Shown: positions 43,204 to 55,973, counted from the first letter of the stretch. The stretch: DNA of 64,000 nt from an uncultured Gemmatimonadales bacterium (GCA_963798085.1 CAWCRS010000003.1:896001-960000), one strand, 5' to 3'. Notes: a model not told the origin generated them from the letters alone. Numbers and translations: made by a program.

Positions 43204-44973
43204 ATGAACATTTTCTCATTTTTCTTCCCGCAAGGACAGCCCGCAGCGGTCGTCCTGAATGCAATCATAACGGTAGTTGGCGTCATGGCACTAGTGCGCC
43301 TGTACCTCAAGGGCGTGCGGCCGCTTCACGGTGAAGCGAAGGCGTTGGCGGACGTTGAAACGTGTTTGAAAGGGGACGTCTCGGCAGACGTCATCATCGA
43401 AGCCGCCCAATCGGTACCGCCGGAGACACTTGTCGCTGTTCGCATTGATGAACTTGCCCGGTTACGCGAACTGGGCGAGTGAGATTTCACCCGACCTCCC
43501 TGCTGGAACTGGCTCTCGCGCGTTTGGATAGACGCACCGCGTTTGCACGCTGGGCCGCGAGCGCCATTGTCCTCATGGGATTGGGCGGGACGCTGCTGGG
43601 CCTTTCGATCTCCGTGACCGCGGCTACCAAAATTGTTCGGGACAGCAACACGCTGCCCTCGTTCGAGAGCGTCCTTACCCCATTCGCCGGACTTCAAACG
43701 GCCTTCTCAACGACATTGAATGGCATCCTCTTGGGCTTTGGCCCTCGGAGCGGGCATAGCATTCATTCGAAGCAGCCAAACGCGCTTCCTCGTCGAACTT
43801 GAACGATTCACGATGATTCGACTGGTACCGCGTTTTGTAGCGCGCCAACAGTGGCTCTCGTGAATGCGGTGCGGACCTTAGGGGCGATCGAAAGTAAGCT
43901 GGAACGAGCCTTTGACGCGATCACCACGGAAGTAAAAGACCGCGGCCTATCCCTGGTTCTGAGCATAGAGACTGCTTTCGACAATCTCACGACTAACTTC
44001 GATGAGCGGGCACGCGAACTGCTCGAGGAGTATGTCTCCACGAATGAAGCCGTGACTAAACTGATCGGGAATTCCGACGAGACGGCTACGCTCGCCGCCA
44101 CCATTGAGTCTATGGCGATGGCGACGGAAGCGACGCAACGTGCGGCTACTGTCACGTTGGAGTTTGGAACTGCATTCTTGTCAAGGACCGAGGACCAGCT
44201 CAACCGCGAACTCGAAGCCATCCACCAGACACTATCCCGGGAAGCACTCCGAATCAGCACTGCGGCAGAAGATCAACGAGAGATATTCCGGGATTTGACG
44301 GTCAAGTTCGCCGGTTTCCTCCCCGAACTGAAACAAGGCGTAGATAGTGCATTGGCGGACGAACATATGCGCTTTCAGCAGATTCTCGAAGCGTGAGGAG
44401 GCAAGGTGGTCATCATCTGCAGCGGCGCTATCGGATTCGCTGGCCGACCTTGTCAGAGGTACGACCGAGCTCCACACTACCGTCGACGGTCTCCGTGAGA
44501 AGGTGCAGGAGCGCGCGACGACGCTAGAACGCGTGCATGCGGGACTGGCCAACATTGAGTCAGCTGTACGCGAGACGACCGAGATGATATCTCGCACAAC
44601 CGAAGCGCTGCCTCAGAGATTTGCCAAATTGATGGATAGCCGCATTTCGGTTTCGCAAGCTTGGCCAACCCGTGGGCCAGACAAGCCTGGCGCGGAGGCT
44701 ACACTCAAATCCAGCAACCGCCCGAACGGGGAGACCGCGCCATCCACGGTGCCCGCTACAGCGGCTAGTGCCGACCACAGAGTGCCAAGTGAGTCCCAAC
44801 ACTTGAAGGTAGCCGGAATGGAACCACAGGGAAATGGGGCCGCAGAAGAACCCAGCCCAGATCGCGGACCACGCCCGACACCTCCGACGCGAAGCGCAAG
44901 CGGTCCGCAGGCAGCGGGAAACCGACCGCAGACATTGGTGCGCAACCTGTTCGCCAGATTGCTGGGACGCTGA
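43204..44973 (+). CDS. ZorA-like MotA/ExbB/TolQ protein with long helical tail (frameshifts near 43480, 43740, 44390)
   Basis: Three TM segments including LMGLGGTLLGL and GLQTAFSTTLNGI channel motifs, followed by ~250 aa of heptad-rich helix. Confidence 0.72.
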
Positions 44974-44982
44974 GCCAGGGTC

Positions 44983-45619
44983 ATGGCGTCGATCGATCTT
45001 CGTGTCGGCAAAGAAGGCGACGAAGTCAGCTTCTGGAGTGTCGTTGCGGATCTGTCCCTCACTACGGTCCTCATGCTGGTCCTGCTAGTGCTTGTCCAGT
45101 TCCTGGCCACCTTCCGCGAAAGCAGGATCAACCAAGAGCTCCAGTTGCGGCAACACGAGATGAAAGTTGCATTAAACGGTATCAGCACCGGTTCCATAGG
45201 GATCGACAGCATTGCACCAGACCGGCAACGTTTGACCTTCGCGAACCAGTTGCTGTTCGAGAGCTGTGATGTCACTCTGCATGGCCGAGGAAGGGAATTG
45301 CTACGGAAAGTGGGCTCGGTGATTCGCGATCGGCAAAACTACTTTGAGTCCATCCACGTTGAAGGACACGCGGACGCCAGATCCACTGGCGGTGCGGCTT
45401 GTCCGTACGCCTCGAATTGGGAGCTATCGTCCCAGCGTGCGACGGCGGTGGTGCGTATACTCGCCGATAGCGCCGCACTGGATCCGCGGATGCTGTCAGC
45501 AACCGGCCGCGCAGAGTTTCATCCGATTTGATGTTGTCGATCTTAACCGCAATCGACGCATTGAGATCATCCTGCTGTACGACCGTGCAGCAATAAGTGC
45601 CAATAGCGTTTCTCATTGA
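44983..45619 (+). CDS. ZorB-like MotB/OmpA protein (frameshift near 45525)
   Basis: FWSVVADL TM with conserved Asp; VEGHAD, NWELSSQRA, NRRIEI peptidoglycan-binding motifs. Confidence 0.82.
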
Positions 45620-45690
45620 AGAGAAGTCACGTACGGGGCAGTATCGCGGTGCAGAGAGCCGTGTCCAAATACCATACGCGGAGCTGAGGA

Positions 45691-48600
45691 GTGAACGACG
45701 CAAGATCACCCGATCGCAGCCGAGAAGACCTGGTCGACCGGGTCAGCAGAGTCTTCGGTTTCTTGAAGGCGGTTCAGGAAGAGCGCAATCCGCCTCCTAC
45801 CCAAATCCGGCAGCACCCCTGGGTCCTCCGCTTCAGTGACATTCCGCAACACGACTGCACGCATATTCGGCCCATATCATCATATCTCAATACTGAGGAG
45901 CGTGATGTACCTGATGCCGGAAGGCGCGACGCGATTCTGACGGTCCGGAGGCCACAGCTAACCGATCCACCTACTCCTCCGGCTGAAATACGCAAATGGC
46001 TGAAGGGTACCTGGTCCGATCCAAAACTTCTGCCGGAGCACCTTTCTGTCCCACCCTCAGGAATGGACGACGATCTGGAGACATTTGACCATGATTCAGG
46101 CCGCGCCCAGGCGTGGACAGCGTGGATCAATGAGTGGCGGCAGTGGTCGGATTCGGAGCGTCCCACGCGGGTCGTCCTTGACCTGTATCAACGGCTGTTT
46201 GCTTTGCACGGGCGGCTGGAGCGCGAGAGTGAAGCGTATGAACTCATGGTCGGTGACGGCATACTACAGTGGCACGCTCCGGGCGGGCAACCCGTCCAGC
46301 ACCCGATCCTGCTGCAAGCTGTAGATCTAATCTTCGAGTCGGGGCGCGCAACCTTCCGCATTCTGGAAGGCGATCGCCCAACTGAATTCTATTCCTCAGC
46401 ATTTGCCCGAAATCCCAACGTAGATGGTGCACGCATTCGAGCCTACAGCAAACGCGCAGAAGAACATGGATTACACCCATTGGCGCCAGGCGAAACGACA
46501 GGCTTTCTGCGCGACTTGGCCGCATCGCTGAGCGCCGGCGGCGAGTACATGGACGGGCCTGTCGAGCGCAAAGCCACATTCGGACCCTGTTATCGGCCGC
46601 GATCCGGTTCTGTTCCTGCGGCGTCGAGGAGAAGGACTTCAGCGCGTCATAGAAAAGATCCTGATTGATCTGCAGGAAGGCGGTCAGATTCCGTCGTCGA
46701 TCCTTCGCATTACTGGCATTGACCCCGAACCGGGTCTCTCGCGTTTGCCTGCTCGCGGCAATTCATGGGACGAACCACAAGACGTCCTGCTGACCAAGGA
46801 AGCCAATCAGGAACAGATCAAGATTGCTGAACGGCTGGAGCAGTCTGGTGCTGTGATCGTGCAAGGCCCACCCGGAACCGGCAAAAGCCACACAATTGCC
46901 AATTTGATCGGACACCTTCTCGCGCGTGGTTCGCGGGTTCTCGATCACCAGCCATACCACCAAAGCACTGAAAGTCCTGCGTGAGAAGGTTGCGGAAAAA
47001 CTCCAGCCTCTCTGCGTCAGCGTTCTCGAAACGGATCAGGCCGGGCGCGAACAACTTGAGCAAGCGGTAACTGCGATCGTGGCTGCCTTGGCGGATCGAG
47101 ATCCTGATCGCCTGAGAGCCGATATCCGCAGTCTTCGTGTAGAACGCGATCAACTTCTTGTACATCTCCGAGATGTGGAACGTTTGCTCCTTGAAGCTCG
47201 CCGCGCAGACTACTTACCCGTGTCCATTGGCGGCAAGACGTGCACACCCGGGGAAGCGGCGCGCGAAGTGGCCTCGGGCGCCCACGCTCATGGTTGGATC
47301 CCGGGCCCCGTAGAAGCCGGGGCGCCGCTGCCACTCAGCGTCACGGCCATCAACGACCTGTATGCCACGAATGTTGCCGTAACTATCGACGCTGAGCAAG
47401 AACTCATCGAATCAATCCCTGCCTCGGACGAATTGCTGCAGCCAGATGAGTTTATGCAAGTTGTGGCGGGGTTGGTCAGCGACCAGTCTGCTGTCTTCGA
47501 TGCGTATTGGAGCTCACCTGCATCGCCGGATGACAGTATTGACTATGAAACGCTCGGAGAAGCAGCTATACGGGCAATGGCGCCTCTCACCAATGACTCA
47601 GGTTGGGAGATCGCGATAGTTGCGGCCGGCAGAAGGAAGGAAGGGGCCGCGGCTCCATGGATCGAATTGATCCGATCTATCGAGACCACGACCGCAACGG
47701 CGGCTGGAATCCAGGAGACTCTGATTCGGTCTGACCCTCATTTGGCTGATGACATTTCGCTCACCGACTCACTCCGGCTGGCAACCGAAATCGCAGCGCA
47801 CGTGCGCCAGAAAGGTCATGTTGGGCGCCTCCAGAAGCTGTGGCAAGCTGATTGGCGTCATTTCATTGCCAAAGCGCGGAGCAGAAACACCGAACCAGAC
47901 ACCCTTGAGGATTTTGAGGCGCTCGCTGCATACACGAAGTTGTTGATCCAGCGAAAGAGCCTGGTTGATCGCTGGGATCGGCTGATGGCGCCATTAGGCG
48001 CACCGACTTGCGCTGAGTTGGGGCCGGAACCAGAGATAACTTGCGAGCAATATGTGCCGGGCATTCAACAAGCTCTCGACTGGACGGCAAGGATGTGGGA
48101 GCCAGCTTGTGCAGCGCTCGAGGCAGCCAACTTCGATTGGGAGCAATTTATCGGCGATCAATCTGCAGACCTGAGACAGTACGGCGACCTGCTGCGGATC
48201 CGCGACAGCGTCCTTGGACCGCTGCAGCAGTGCTTGGCCGTCCGGCAGGCGGCCGTCCGCCACGAGAAGTCAATGATTGTGCTGGAGGCATTGGAAAATG
48301 CACTTGCGGGTTTCGTTGGTGCAACGACCACCAATCTGAAGAAGGCGGTAAAGTTACGGGACCCCGATGCCTACGCCATTGCATTCAACCGATTTGAGGA
48401 CCTTCGGGCGCGTGATGCCGTCCTGCGTTCGCGTTTAGCGTGGCTGAAAGCAGTCGATACCAGCGCACCAAACTGGGCCCAACACATTAGAAGCCGCGAC
48501 GGGAAGCACGGAGCTCCCCTTCCTCCTGGCGATCCCAATCGAGCATGGCGCTGGCAACAGCTGAGCCAAGAGTTAGATCGCCGTGCATTGATTGATACCG

Positions 48601-50191
48601 TTCGGTTAACGCGCGAGCGCGAAGAACTCCGCGGCCGTATTCGCCACGTAACGGTCGATCTGATCGAGGCACAGTCATGGCTTCATCAGATCGAGCGGAC
48701 TGCCAGCGACGAGCGAAGGGCATTGGTCGGGTGGGCCGATACAATGCGGCGGATCGGCCGCGGTAACGCCGCCGGGCACCAATCCTGCGAGCTGAGGCTC
48801 GCAAATTGATGGATAAAGCGCGTTCAGCCGTGCCAGTATGGATAATGCCCTTGTCGCGTGTTTTCGACAGCTTCGATCCCGGGAGGGAGAGATTTGACGT
48901 AGTGATTATCGACGAGGCGAGTCAGGCAGACATTACTGCACTTGTTGCGCTGTATATGGGGCGCCAAGTTGCTGTTGTTGGCGACCACCAGCAAGTCAGT
49001 CCTCTCGATGTCGGGCGGGATCTGGGGAGTCTCGACAGCCTGATTGCCCAACACCTCGCAGACATTCCCAGCAGCCATCTCTACGACGGAAAGACCTCCA
49101 TTTACGATCTGGCGCGCCAAAGCTTTGGTAGCACGATTCCGTTAATGGAGCATTTTCGGTGCGTACCGGAAATAATCGAGTTCAGCAACGGCTTATCGTA
49201 CAACTGGACCATCAAACCACTGCGGGACGGAGCAAACGCGGTTGTCGGACCTCCAACGGTCGAGTTCTACGTATCAGCTGTGCAGGCGCAGCAAAGGCGC
49301 AACCGGAAGGAGGCACTTTGGATTGCGGCTCTGCTACAAGCTTGCATTGAGCAACCGGCATATTCCGATAGCACGTTCGGAGTCATCTCCCTGGTTGGTG
49401 AGGAGCAGGCTATCGAGATCGAGACGCTGCTGCACAGAGAGTTGCCGCCATCGGAGATCCACAAGCGCCAGATAGTCTGCGGCAACGCAGCGCGATTTCA
49501 AGGGAATGAGCGTAATGTGATCTTCCTCTCAATGGTCGATGCACCGTCAGGTGACGGCCCGCTTGCGCTTCGTTCACAAGACCTTTTCAAGCAGCGCTTC
49601 AATGTGGCAGCCAGCCGTGCCCGCGACCAGTTGTGGCTTGTGCATTCACTCGACCCCGGAACGGATTTGCAGCCGGCGGACTTGCGCAGGCGGCTTATCG
49701 AGCATGTCCGAGACCCGGGACGACATCTCCGCGAGCTCTCCCGAGAGCAGGCCCGTACAGAATCCGAGTTCGAGCGCGAGGTGCTTCGTGCATTGGTTGC
49801 AAAGAACTACCGAGTTCGGAGTCAGATTCATGTGGGGTACTATCGTATTGACATGATCGTCGAAAATTCCGCAGGAAAGAAGGTCGCAATTGAGTGCGAT
49901 GGCGAACGGTTCATCCGATCGAGAAGATTCCTGCCGACATGGCCAGGCAAGAAAAATCCTGGAGCGCCTGGGTTCGACCTTCATCAGGATCCCGTGGAGC
50001 AGGAATGGTACCGGGAGCCGGATAGGACGCTGGATGAAGTGATGAATGAACTGAGCCGACTTGGCGTTGATCCGCTCGGACCTGCAGATAGCCTGATAAC
50101 CGTGGCAGCAATGGAGTTGAAAGAAGCAGTCATTCGGCGAGCCTTCGAAATCGCTAACGAACGGAGGGTGAAGTGGAGCCCATTTCCGTGA
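45691..50191 (+). CDS. Large SF1 (Upf1/DNA2-like) helicase with C-terminal Vsr/DUF559-like nuclease (several frameshifts)
   Basis: QGPPGTGKSHTIAN, FDVVIIDEASQ, VGDHQQ, HFRC, FQGNER, RFNVAASRAR; ESEFE..YRIDMIV..AIECDG. Confidence 0.85.
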
Positions 50192-50323
50192 CTGCCTAGA
50201 TTGGATCCGAAGCTCATCCACATTACTTTGGCACCGGGCGCCACAGCCCGGCGAACGCAGTGTGCAAGCAGCCATATGTGACGCGCGACGGGCAGCTGGC
50301 TCCGTTCTTTACGAGGAGGCAGA

Positions 50324-50440
50324 ATGGCGCGAATCGCCGAAAAGGAACCAGTGTTCGAAGCGGTCGTTCGATGGCGTGAGAAGTGTCTGATCGCTGATGG
50401 CTCGATTCTCTCAGACGAACATCTCTGGGCACCGTCACGT
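50324..50440 (+). pseudogene. Truncated N-terminus resembling McrB-family GTPases
   Basis: GAGGAGG RBS then MARIAEKEPVFEAVVRWREKCLIADGSILSDEHLW, after which similarity ends; family recalled from memory. Confidence 0.45.
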
Positions 50441-50664
50441 CAGACTACCGCTACGACACAACCCGTCCCGAGTATCAGAATGTACGATCAGTACAATGGG
50501 ACAGCGTTGGCCCATGGCCTAGTCGTTCCGCATTAAGCCGGGATCTGGTTCTCCGTGGTCAGCGTCGGGTGGTGCCGGGGGACCGAGGCTAACGGCTCGA
50601 GAGTTGTGCTTTAAGGCAACAAGCCTCCGAGCGTTGTTCGGGTGAGGCCGTTGTGGCTGATGTT

Positions 50665-50961
50665 TCACGGCTTGCACCGGTTGCAGTGATTCAACTCCAA
50701 CACGTCGATGCCGAGCGCAACCGCGTTGTCGTACAGATTGACAACGGTGTAAAACAGATACTTCGGCGCCCGAGAGGTTTGGCCTTTGCCCTTCAACTCG
50801 AGGCGATAAGACAAGGTGGCGCAAATTGCTCTGTGGAGCGTATAGCGTCCGTTTCGGCCGCGGGTCAGAATGACGACAAATCCACTATGGTACTCGCGAA
50901 GACCTGCCTGGTACTCATCTTCATTCTCCTTCAAGCGCACTCCGTCGGCGAATGCACGCAT
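50665..50961 (-). CDS. Small Cys/His-containing hypothetical protein
   Basis: GFVV...LHRAIC...CNRCKP pattern, possible metal binding. Confidence 0.55.
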   Translation of the reverse strand: MRAFADGVRLKENEDEYQAGLREYHSGFVVILTRGRNGRYTLHRAICATLSYRLELKGKGQTSRAPKYLFYTVVNLYDNAVALGIDVLELNHCNRCKP

Positions 50962-51183
50962 TAGTCAGCTTCTCCGGGTTGCTGTGGATAAGCACAAACC
51001 TACCCCATAGATCGTGCGAGAGGGCCACCGGCGGCCTTCGTAACAACCGAATTGGCCGGACCTGTCGAGCGCCCAGCTTTTCCGCTCACGCAACTGCTGC
51101 CAGCTGACAAGGCGCTATTGCTGGCTACTGCTTGGCGTCTGAGCGCCGATGCCCAAACGCCGGCGCGGGTTAAGCACGGGCTA

Positions 51184-53894
51184 TCAGCGGCGCATCGACT
51201 GTAGCGGGTCCGCGCGCGCAGCCCGCAGCGCGGGCACCAACGTAGCGCTCAGCGCCACGACCAGCACGGTAGCTGCGGTGACAGCGAGCACGAAAGGATC
51301 GCCGGGAGAAGTGTGGAAGAGGAGAGGTTGCACGAGGTGGCCCGTGAGGCGGACGAGCACGAGGCCGATGAGCACACCGGTTGCGCAGTGATGAACGGCG
51401 CCCGACCGAGCACCGATCCGAGGATACGCCCCTGCCGCGCACCGAGCGCCACGCGAATGCTCAGCTCGTGCAACCTCTCGCCCACCACGCAGGACATCAC
51501 ACCGAAAAGACCGACGGCCGAGAGCAGGATCGCGAGCGCGGCGAAAAGGCCGAAGAGCACGGCGCCCAGTCGCGCGGGGCGAGTGTCGCCGGCGAGCAGC
51601 GTGGACATGGGTACCACGTCGACCAGGGGCAGCTCCGGAGCGACGCTCTGCAGGCGTTCGTGGATGACGCGCACACTCGCGAACGCATCGCCGGCAGGCC
51701 GCACGAGAAGCGCGCGCAGACCGGAAATGCCACGACCCGCCTGCTCGGGCACATAGAGCTGCGGTCCGGGAGCATCATCACCGAGACGGGGGGACCGCGT
51801 AGATTCCGCCACGCCGACCACCGTCGAGCAATGCAGCCCCTTCTCGCCGAGGTGTGTCATCCCGATATCAATGCACTGGCCAATGGGATCGGCGTCGGGC
51901 CACAGCACGCGGGCTAACACGTCGTTTACGATCGCGGTATTGCGGCCGTCCTGCGAGGCGAACGCTCTGCCTCGCAACAGTCGCGTACCAGCCGTCTCGA
52001 AGTACTCGCTGGATACCGCCATCATGCGTACTTCGGCGTTGTGCAGCTCGGGAATCGTGTCGCGGCCGGGCAATGCCACGGTAGTGCTCAGGTAGGAGCG
52101 GTAGGGCATTCCCTCGACGAGCGCGGCGTGCTCGATGCCGGGCATCCGCGACAGCTCCTCGAGCATTGTGCGCAGCACGTCATTCGCCTGCGCGTCCGAG
52201 AACCCTGCGGCGCCGAGATCGGTCGAGACCAGGAGCAGGCGATCGGCATCCATGCCGGTGCGCAGCCGCGACCCATTCACGAAACTGCGCACGAAAATGC
52301 CGGTGCCGGTGAGGAGCACGACGGCGGCGGTCGCCTGCAGAACCAGCAGCACCTGGCGCGTGCGCGTAGGCGAGGCCGCTCGCATGCCGGAGCGCAGCTC
52401 GTGCGCGAGATCGGCAGGCGCGGCGCGCAGCGCGGGGAGCAGCGATGTGCTGACGCCCACGAGCAGCGTGACGAGCGCGGTGAAGAGAAAGACGTGCGCG
52501 TCGACCGGTGATTGCGGCCATGCGTAGTCGTCCAGCAGCAGGTGCTGCAGCAGTCGGCCGCCCGTGGCCACGAGCAGCAGGGCCGCGGCACCGCCCAGTA
52601 CCGCGAGGAGCAGCGACTCGCTCAGCAGCTGCGTGAACAGGCGCCCGCGTGTGATGCCCAGTGCCATGCGCAGTGTGATCTCGGGCCGGCGTCGCAGTAT
52701 GCGGGTGAGCAGCAGATTGGCCACGTTGACACAGGCCATGAGCAGCACCAGCAGGGACACGACACCCAGGACAAACGCCACGCGACTGGCGGCAGGAATG
52801 TTCGCGGAGCGCGCTGGAATGATGGGGTCGAGCTGCAGGCGATCCCGCTCCGCGCTCTGGCCACCGGCCGCCTCGCCCGCGCGGTAGATCGCGGTTGCCT
52901 GCGCCGCGGCCGCCGCGGGGGCAACGCCCGCGCGCAACCGCCCGCGCACGCGCAGCAGCTGCATCCGCCGCATCGTGCGCCAGGTATCCAGCGGGAAGCG
53001 CGGCGCGTCGGCGGCGTTCAGCGGGACGAAGACATCCGCCGGCTCGAGGTCGACGCCGGTGAAACCATTCTGCGGCACACCGACAATCGTGAACCAGCCG
53101 GTGCCCAGCTGAATGCGACGGCCGAGCACGCCGGGATCCTCGCCGTACTCATTGCGCCAGAGCCGGTGGCTGAGCACGACGACATTCCCGGCCGCCGTGG
53201 GGACGTCGTCGCCCGGGCCGAGCAGGCGGCCGAGCGCGGCACGAACGCCCAGCATGGGGAAGTAGCCGCCGCTGACTAACAGGCCTTTTACGGAGCGGGC
53301 CTGCGCTCCCCGTCCCAGCGCGATCGCTTGCGGATACGTCTGCGCCGCCAGTGCCGCGAAGTTCGTGGCGCTGCGCTCGAGATCCTGAAACGACGGGTAG
53401 GACATCGAGGTGCGCGTGTATTCCGACGGGCCATCGTGCGCGCGCGTGTCCAGGCCGTAGACATCCTCCGGCGCCACAATGCCGGCGGGCGCGCGCAGCA
53501 GCAGCCGGTCGACCAGCCCGAACATCGTGGCATGCGCGCCAATGCCCAGGGCGAACGTAAGGATTGCCGCCAGGCTGTAGCCGGGCGAGCGGCGCAGCTG
53601 ACGCCACGCGTAGCGACCATCCTGCCAGCGGCGCTCCAGCCATTCGCGCGCGCCCAACACGCGTTCCTTGCGCCTCGCCGCTTCATGCAGCTGCCTTCTC
53701 GTGCTTTCCGCGCCGAAGCGACGCTCCGCCTCCGCGCGCGCGTCCGGCTCCGACCACCCTGCCGCGATCAGCTCTTCCACGCGCAAGTCGACGTGCGACG
53801 CGATCTCCTCATCCAGCTCCGCGCTCCGGCCTGCGTCGCGACGCGGCACGCGCCGGCGCCCGCGGGATCCAGGATCGGCAGGCGAGGATGTCAT
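51184..53894 (-). CDS. ADOP-family duplicated ABC permease (MacB_PCD/FtsX; frameshift near 51390)
   Basis: ELDEEIASH, RRSPGY..LGIGA, ACVNVANLLL, IRVALGA, PALRAARADP. Confidence 0.88.
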
Positions 53895-54220
53895 GCATCC
53901 GCCAGCACCGTGTGCAGCATCGTCGCATACTCCAGCAGCCGCGACGTCTCCTTGCGCAGCTCCTTCCGTCCCGCGCTCGTGAGCTGGTAGTAGCGCGCCC
54001 GCCGGCCGTTCGCCGTCACGCCCCACTCGCCGCGAATCGCTCGCCGCTGCTCGAGCCGGATCAGTGCGTGGTACAGGGCGCCATCCTCCACATCCAGCGC
54101 GCCACCCGAGCGCTGCTCCAGCCAGCGCGTGATCTCGTAGCCGTGCAGCGGTCCCTCCGCCAGCGTGCGCAGCACCAGTACATCCAGCGTTCCCCGCACC
54201 AGCGCGATCGTCTTCTTCAT
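53891..54220 (-). CDS. PadR family transcriptional regulator
   Basis: GTLDVLVL, LHGYEI, GALYHALIRLE, RRARYYQLT; overlaps the permease start. Confidence 0.92.
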   Translation of the reverse strand: MKKTIALVRGTLDVLVLRTLAEGPLHGYEITRWLEQRSGGALDVEDGALYHALIRLEQRRAIRGEWGVTANGRRARYYQLTSAGRKELRKETSRLLEYATMLHTVLADA

Positions 54221-54484
54221 GATCGGTGCTCTCCTCCCAGTATCTTGGGGCAAGCATGTCAGGTCAGGAGCGAGGCGGCAATACCGTCGGGACGAAGTGA
54301 GGTGCGTGCGCCGCGAGCGGTGGTAACGCGGGTTGCGCGGCGGTGGGCGGGACACGACTGACGGTGTTACGATTCCTCGGTACTTGTGCACAACTACCGA
54401 GGCTTTGTGACATCGGACACGCCGCACTAATGTGTTCCGCGTTCATCGATTCGAAGTTCTCGGGCGGAGGCCGGCAGCCACAAG

Positions 54485-54645
54485 GTGGCGGATGGCGTCT
54501 ACGACCACACGTCGATCGTGCGCAGGATCGAGGAGTGGCGCTGGGAGCTGCAGCCGCTAACGCCACGCGATGCGGCGACGAACAACCTGGCCGGCGCGCT
54601 CGACTTCCGGCAGCGGCCTCGCCTGGTCGCGCCGCCACAACGCAC
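54485..54645 (+). pseudogene. C-terminal fragment of a phosphoesterase/phospholipase C
   Basis: YDHTSIVRRIEEWRWELQPLTPRDA..NNL.GALDF. Confidence 0.6.
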
Positions 54646-54659
54646 CGGCCCGCGGACGG

Positions 54660-54971
54660 AGACGGACTTACGTCACGAGCGCCTCGTGCGGCTGCACGTG
54701 CAGCGCGCGGCGTAGCTGCACGGCGGCCGCCACAATGCTGACCGCGCCCAGCGCCAGTACGGCGAGCACGGCAAACAGCGGGCTGGCTGCGCGCGCGCCG
54801 TAGAGGAAGGACGCCATGAGCCGGGCGGTCACCCATGACGCGGCCAGTCCGGCGATGACGCCGATGGCGACGATGCGCAGTGCGTGACCGTACACGGCCC
54901 GGGCCACGTCGCGGTGCCTCGCGCCGAGAGCCACGCGGACCGCGATCTCTCTCGAGCGTGTCGCCACGGTG
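54660..54971 (-). repeat. Near-identical copy of the 3' end of the 58032-60473 permease
   Basis: 54660-54971 matches 58023-58335 with only a few substitutions. Confidence 0.9.
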
Positions 54972-55160
54972 CCCTCTGGGACCGCCTCGCGGAGCTGGCC
55001 GAGGAGTACATCCGCAAGGGCGACCGCCTCTACGTCGAGGGACGGATGGAGTACGACTCGTTCGAGCGAAACGGCGTCACTGTCCCCACAGCAGAGGTCG
55101 TCGTGCGCGAGCTGGTCCTGCTCGGTGCTCCGTCGAACAGCGCCTCGATCGCGGACCGTG
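54972..55160 (+). pseudogene. ssb: Fragment of single-stranded DNA-binding protein (second half of the OB fold)
   Basis: LWDRLAELAEEYIRKGDRLYVEGRMEY...AEVVVRELVLLG. Confidence 0.75.
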
Positions 55161-55500
55161 AGGCAGGCGATCAGCAGGTTGTTGATCGCCCACAGCCAGG
55201 CACCGTCTGGCCACTTCGGTGCCATCGCCACCTCGCCGAACAGGAATGCCACGCCGAGAACGACCGCCGCGGTGACGAGACCGACGAGCAATCCGCGCGC
55301 CCAGCTCCACGCGCCCCGGTGGAGACGCAGCGCAGGCCAAACGAGCAGCAGCCAGAATCCGGCGAGGGGCTTGTCGAGGTTGAGGTACGTCGTGAATGGG
55401 ATCGCGTCCAATGTGTACCGCACTGGTCCGATGACGCGCAGGTTGTCGAATCCCGCCAGTTGCGCGACATGAACAGGGCGAGGGAGTTGCTCGTCGAGCA
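55160..55500 (-). pseudogene. Internal fragment of a CPBP-family intramembrane protease
   Basis: GFDN, PFTTYLNLDKPLAGFWLL, PKWP...NNLLIACL; truncated before the EE motif. Confidence 0.6.
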
Positions 55501-55562
55501 CAACGCGCGGAAGGCGAAGCTAAAGAGGGAGAAACATGGGGAGCCACATCGGAGAAAGGAGA

Positions 55563-55880
55563 GATGGTCCCCCGACACCTACCCGCGACTTCAAGCGAAC
55601 GGTAGCGACACGCGTGGAGCGCGATCCGGCTTTCGCGCGCGCGATGCTCAATGAAGCGGCGACACTGTTCCTGAACGGCGAGCCGGAAACAGTGCGCATG
55701 TTGCTACGCGATCTGGTGAACGCCACGGTCGGCTTCGAGCAGCTCGCCAGGCTGACGGAGAAGCCGGCCAAGAGTCTGCATCGGATGCTGTCGGCCAACG
55801 GCAACCCCAGCATGGACAACCTCGCAACGATCGTCGACGATCTCCGGGATGAACGTCGAGATCGAGCTGCATGCGGTGCA
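55563..55880 (+). CDS. Addiction-module antidote-like HTH regulator (ends uncertain)
   Basis: TRDFKRTV..RDPAFARAML, LRDLVNATVGF, KSLHRMLSANGNPSMDNL. Confidence 0.7.
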
Positions 55881-55973
55881 GGCCCCGTGATTCGAAGCGC
55901 GAGCATCTGTCCACCGATATGGGCGAAGCGAAACGGCCGCCCGTTCGACAAGGTGGCGCAGACGTTCCACCAG

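Noticed and set aside
43204..45619. Flagellar MotAB or ExbBD/TolQR
   Set aside because: Long helical tail, OmpA-type partner, defence-island context and no flagellar or tonB genes
51249..54257. 1002-aa permease
   Set aside because: The first ~120 codons overlap padR in another frame; the real start is 53894
54668..55501. 277-aa ORF as a novel fusion protein
   Set aside because: Accidental read-through of a CPBP fragment, antisense ssb and the duplicated permease end
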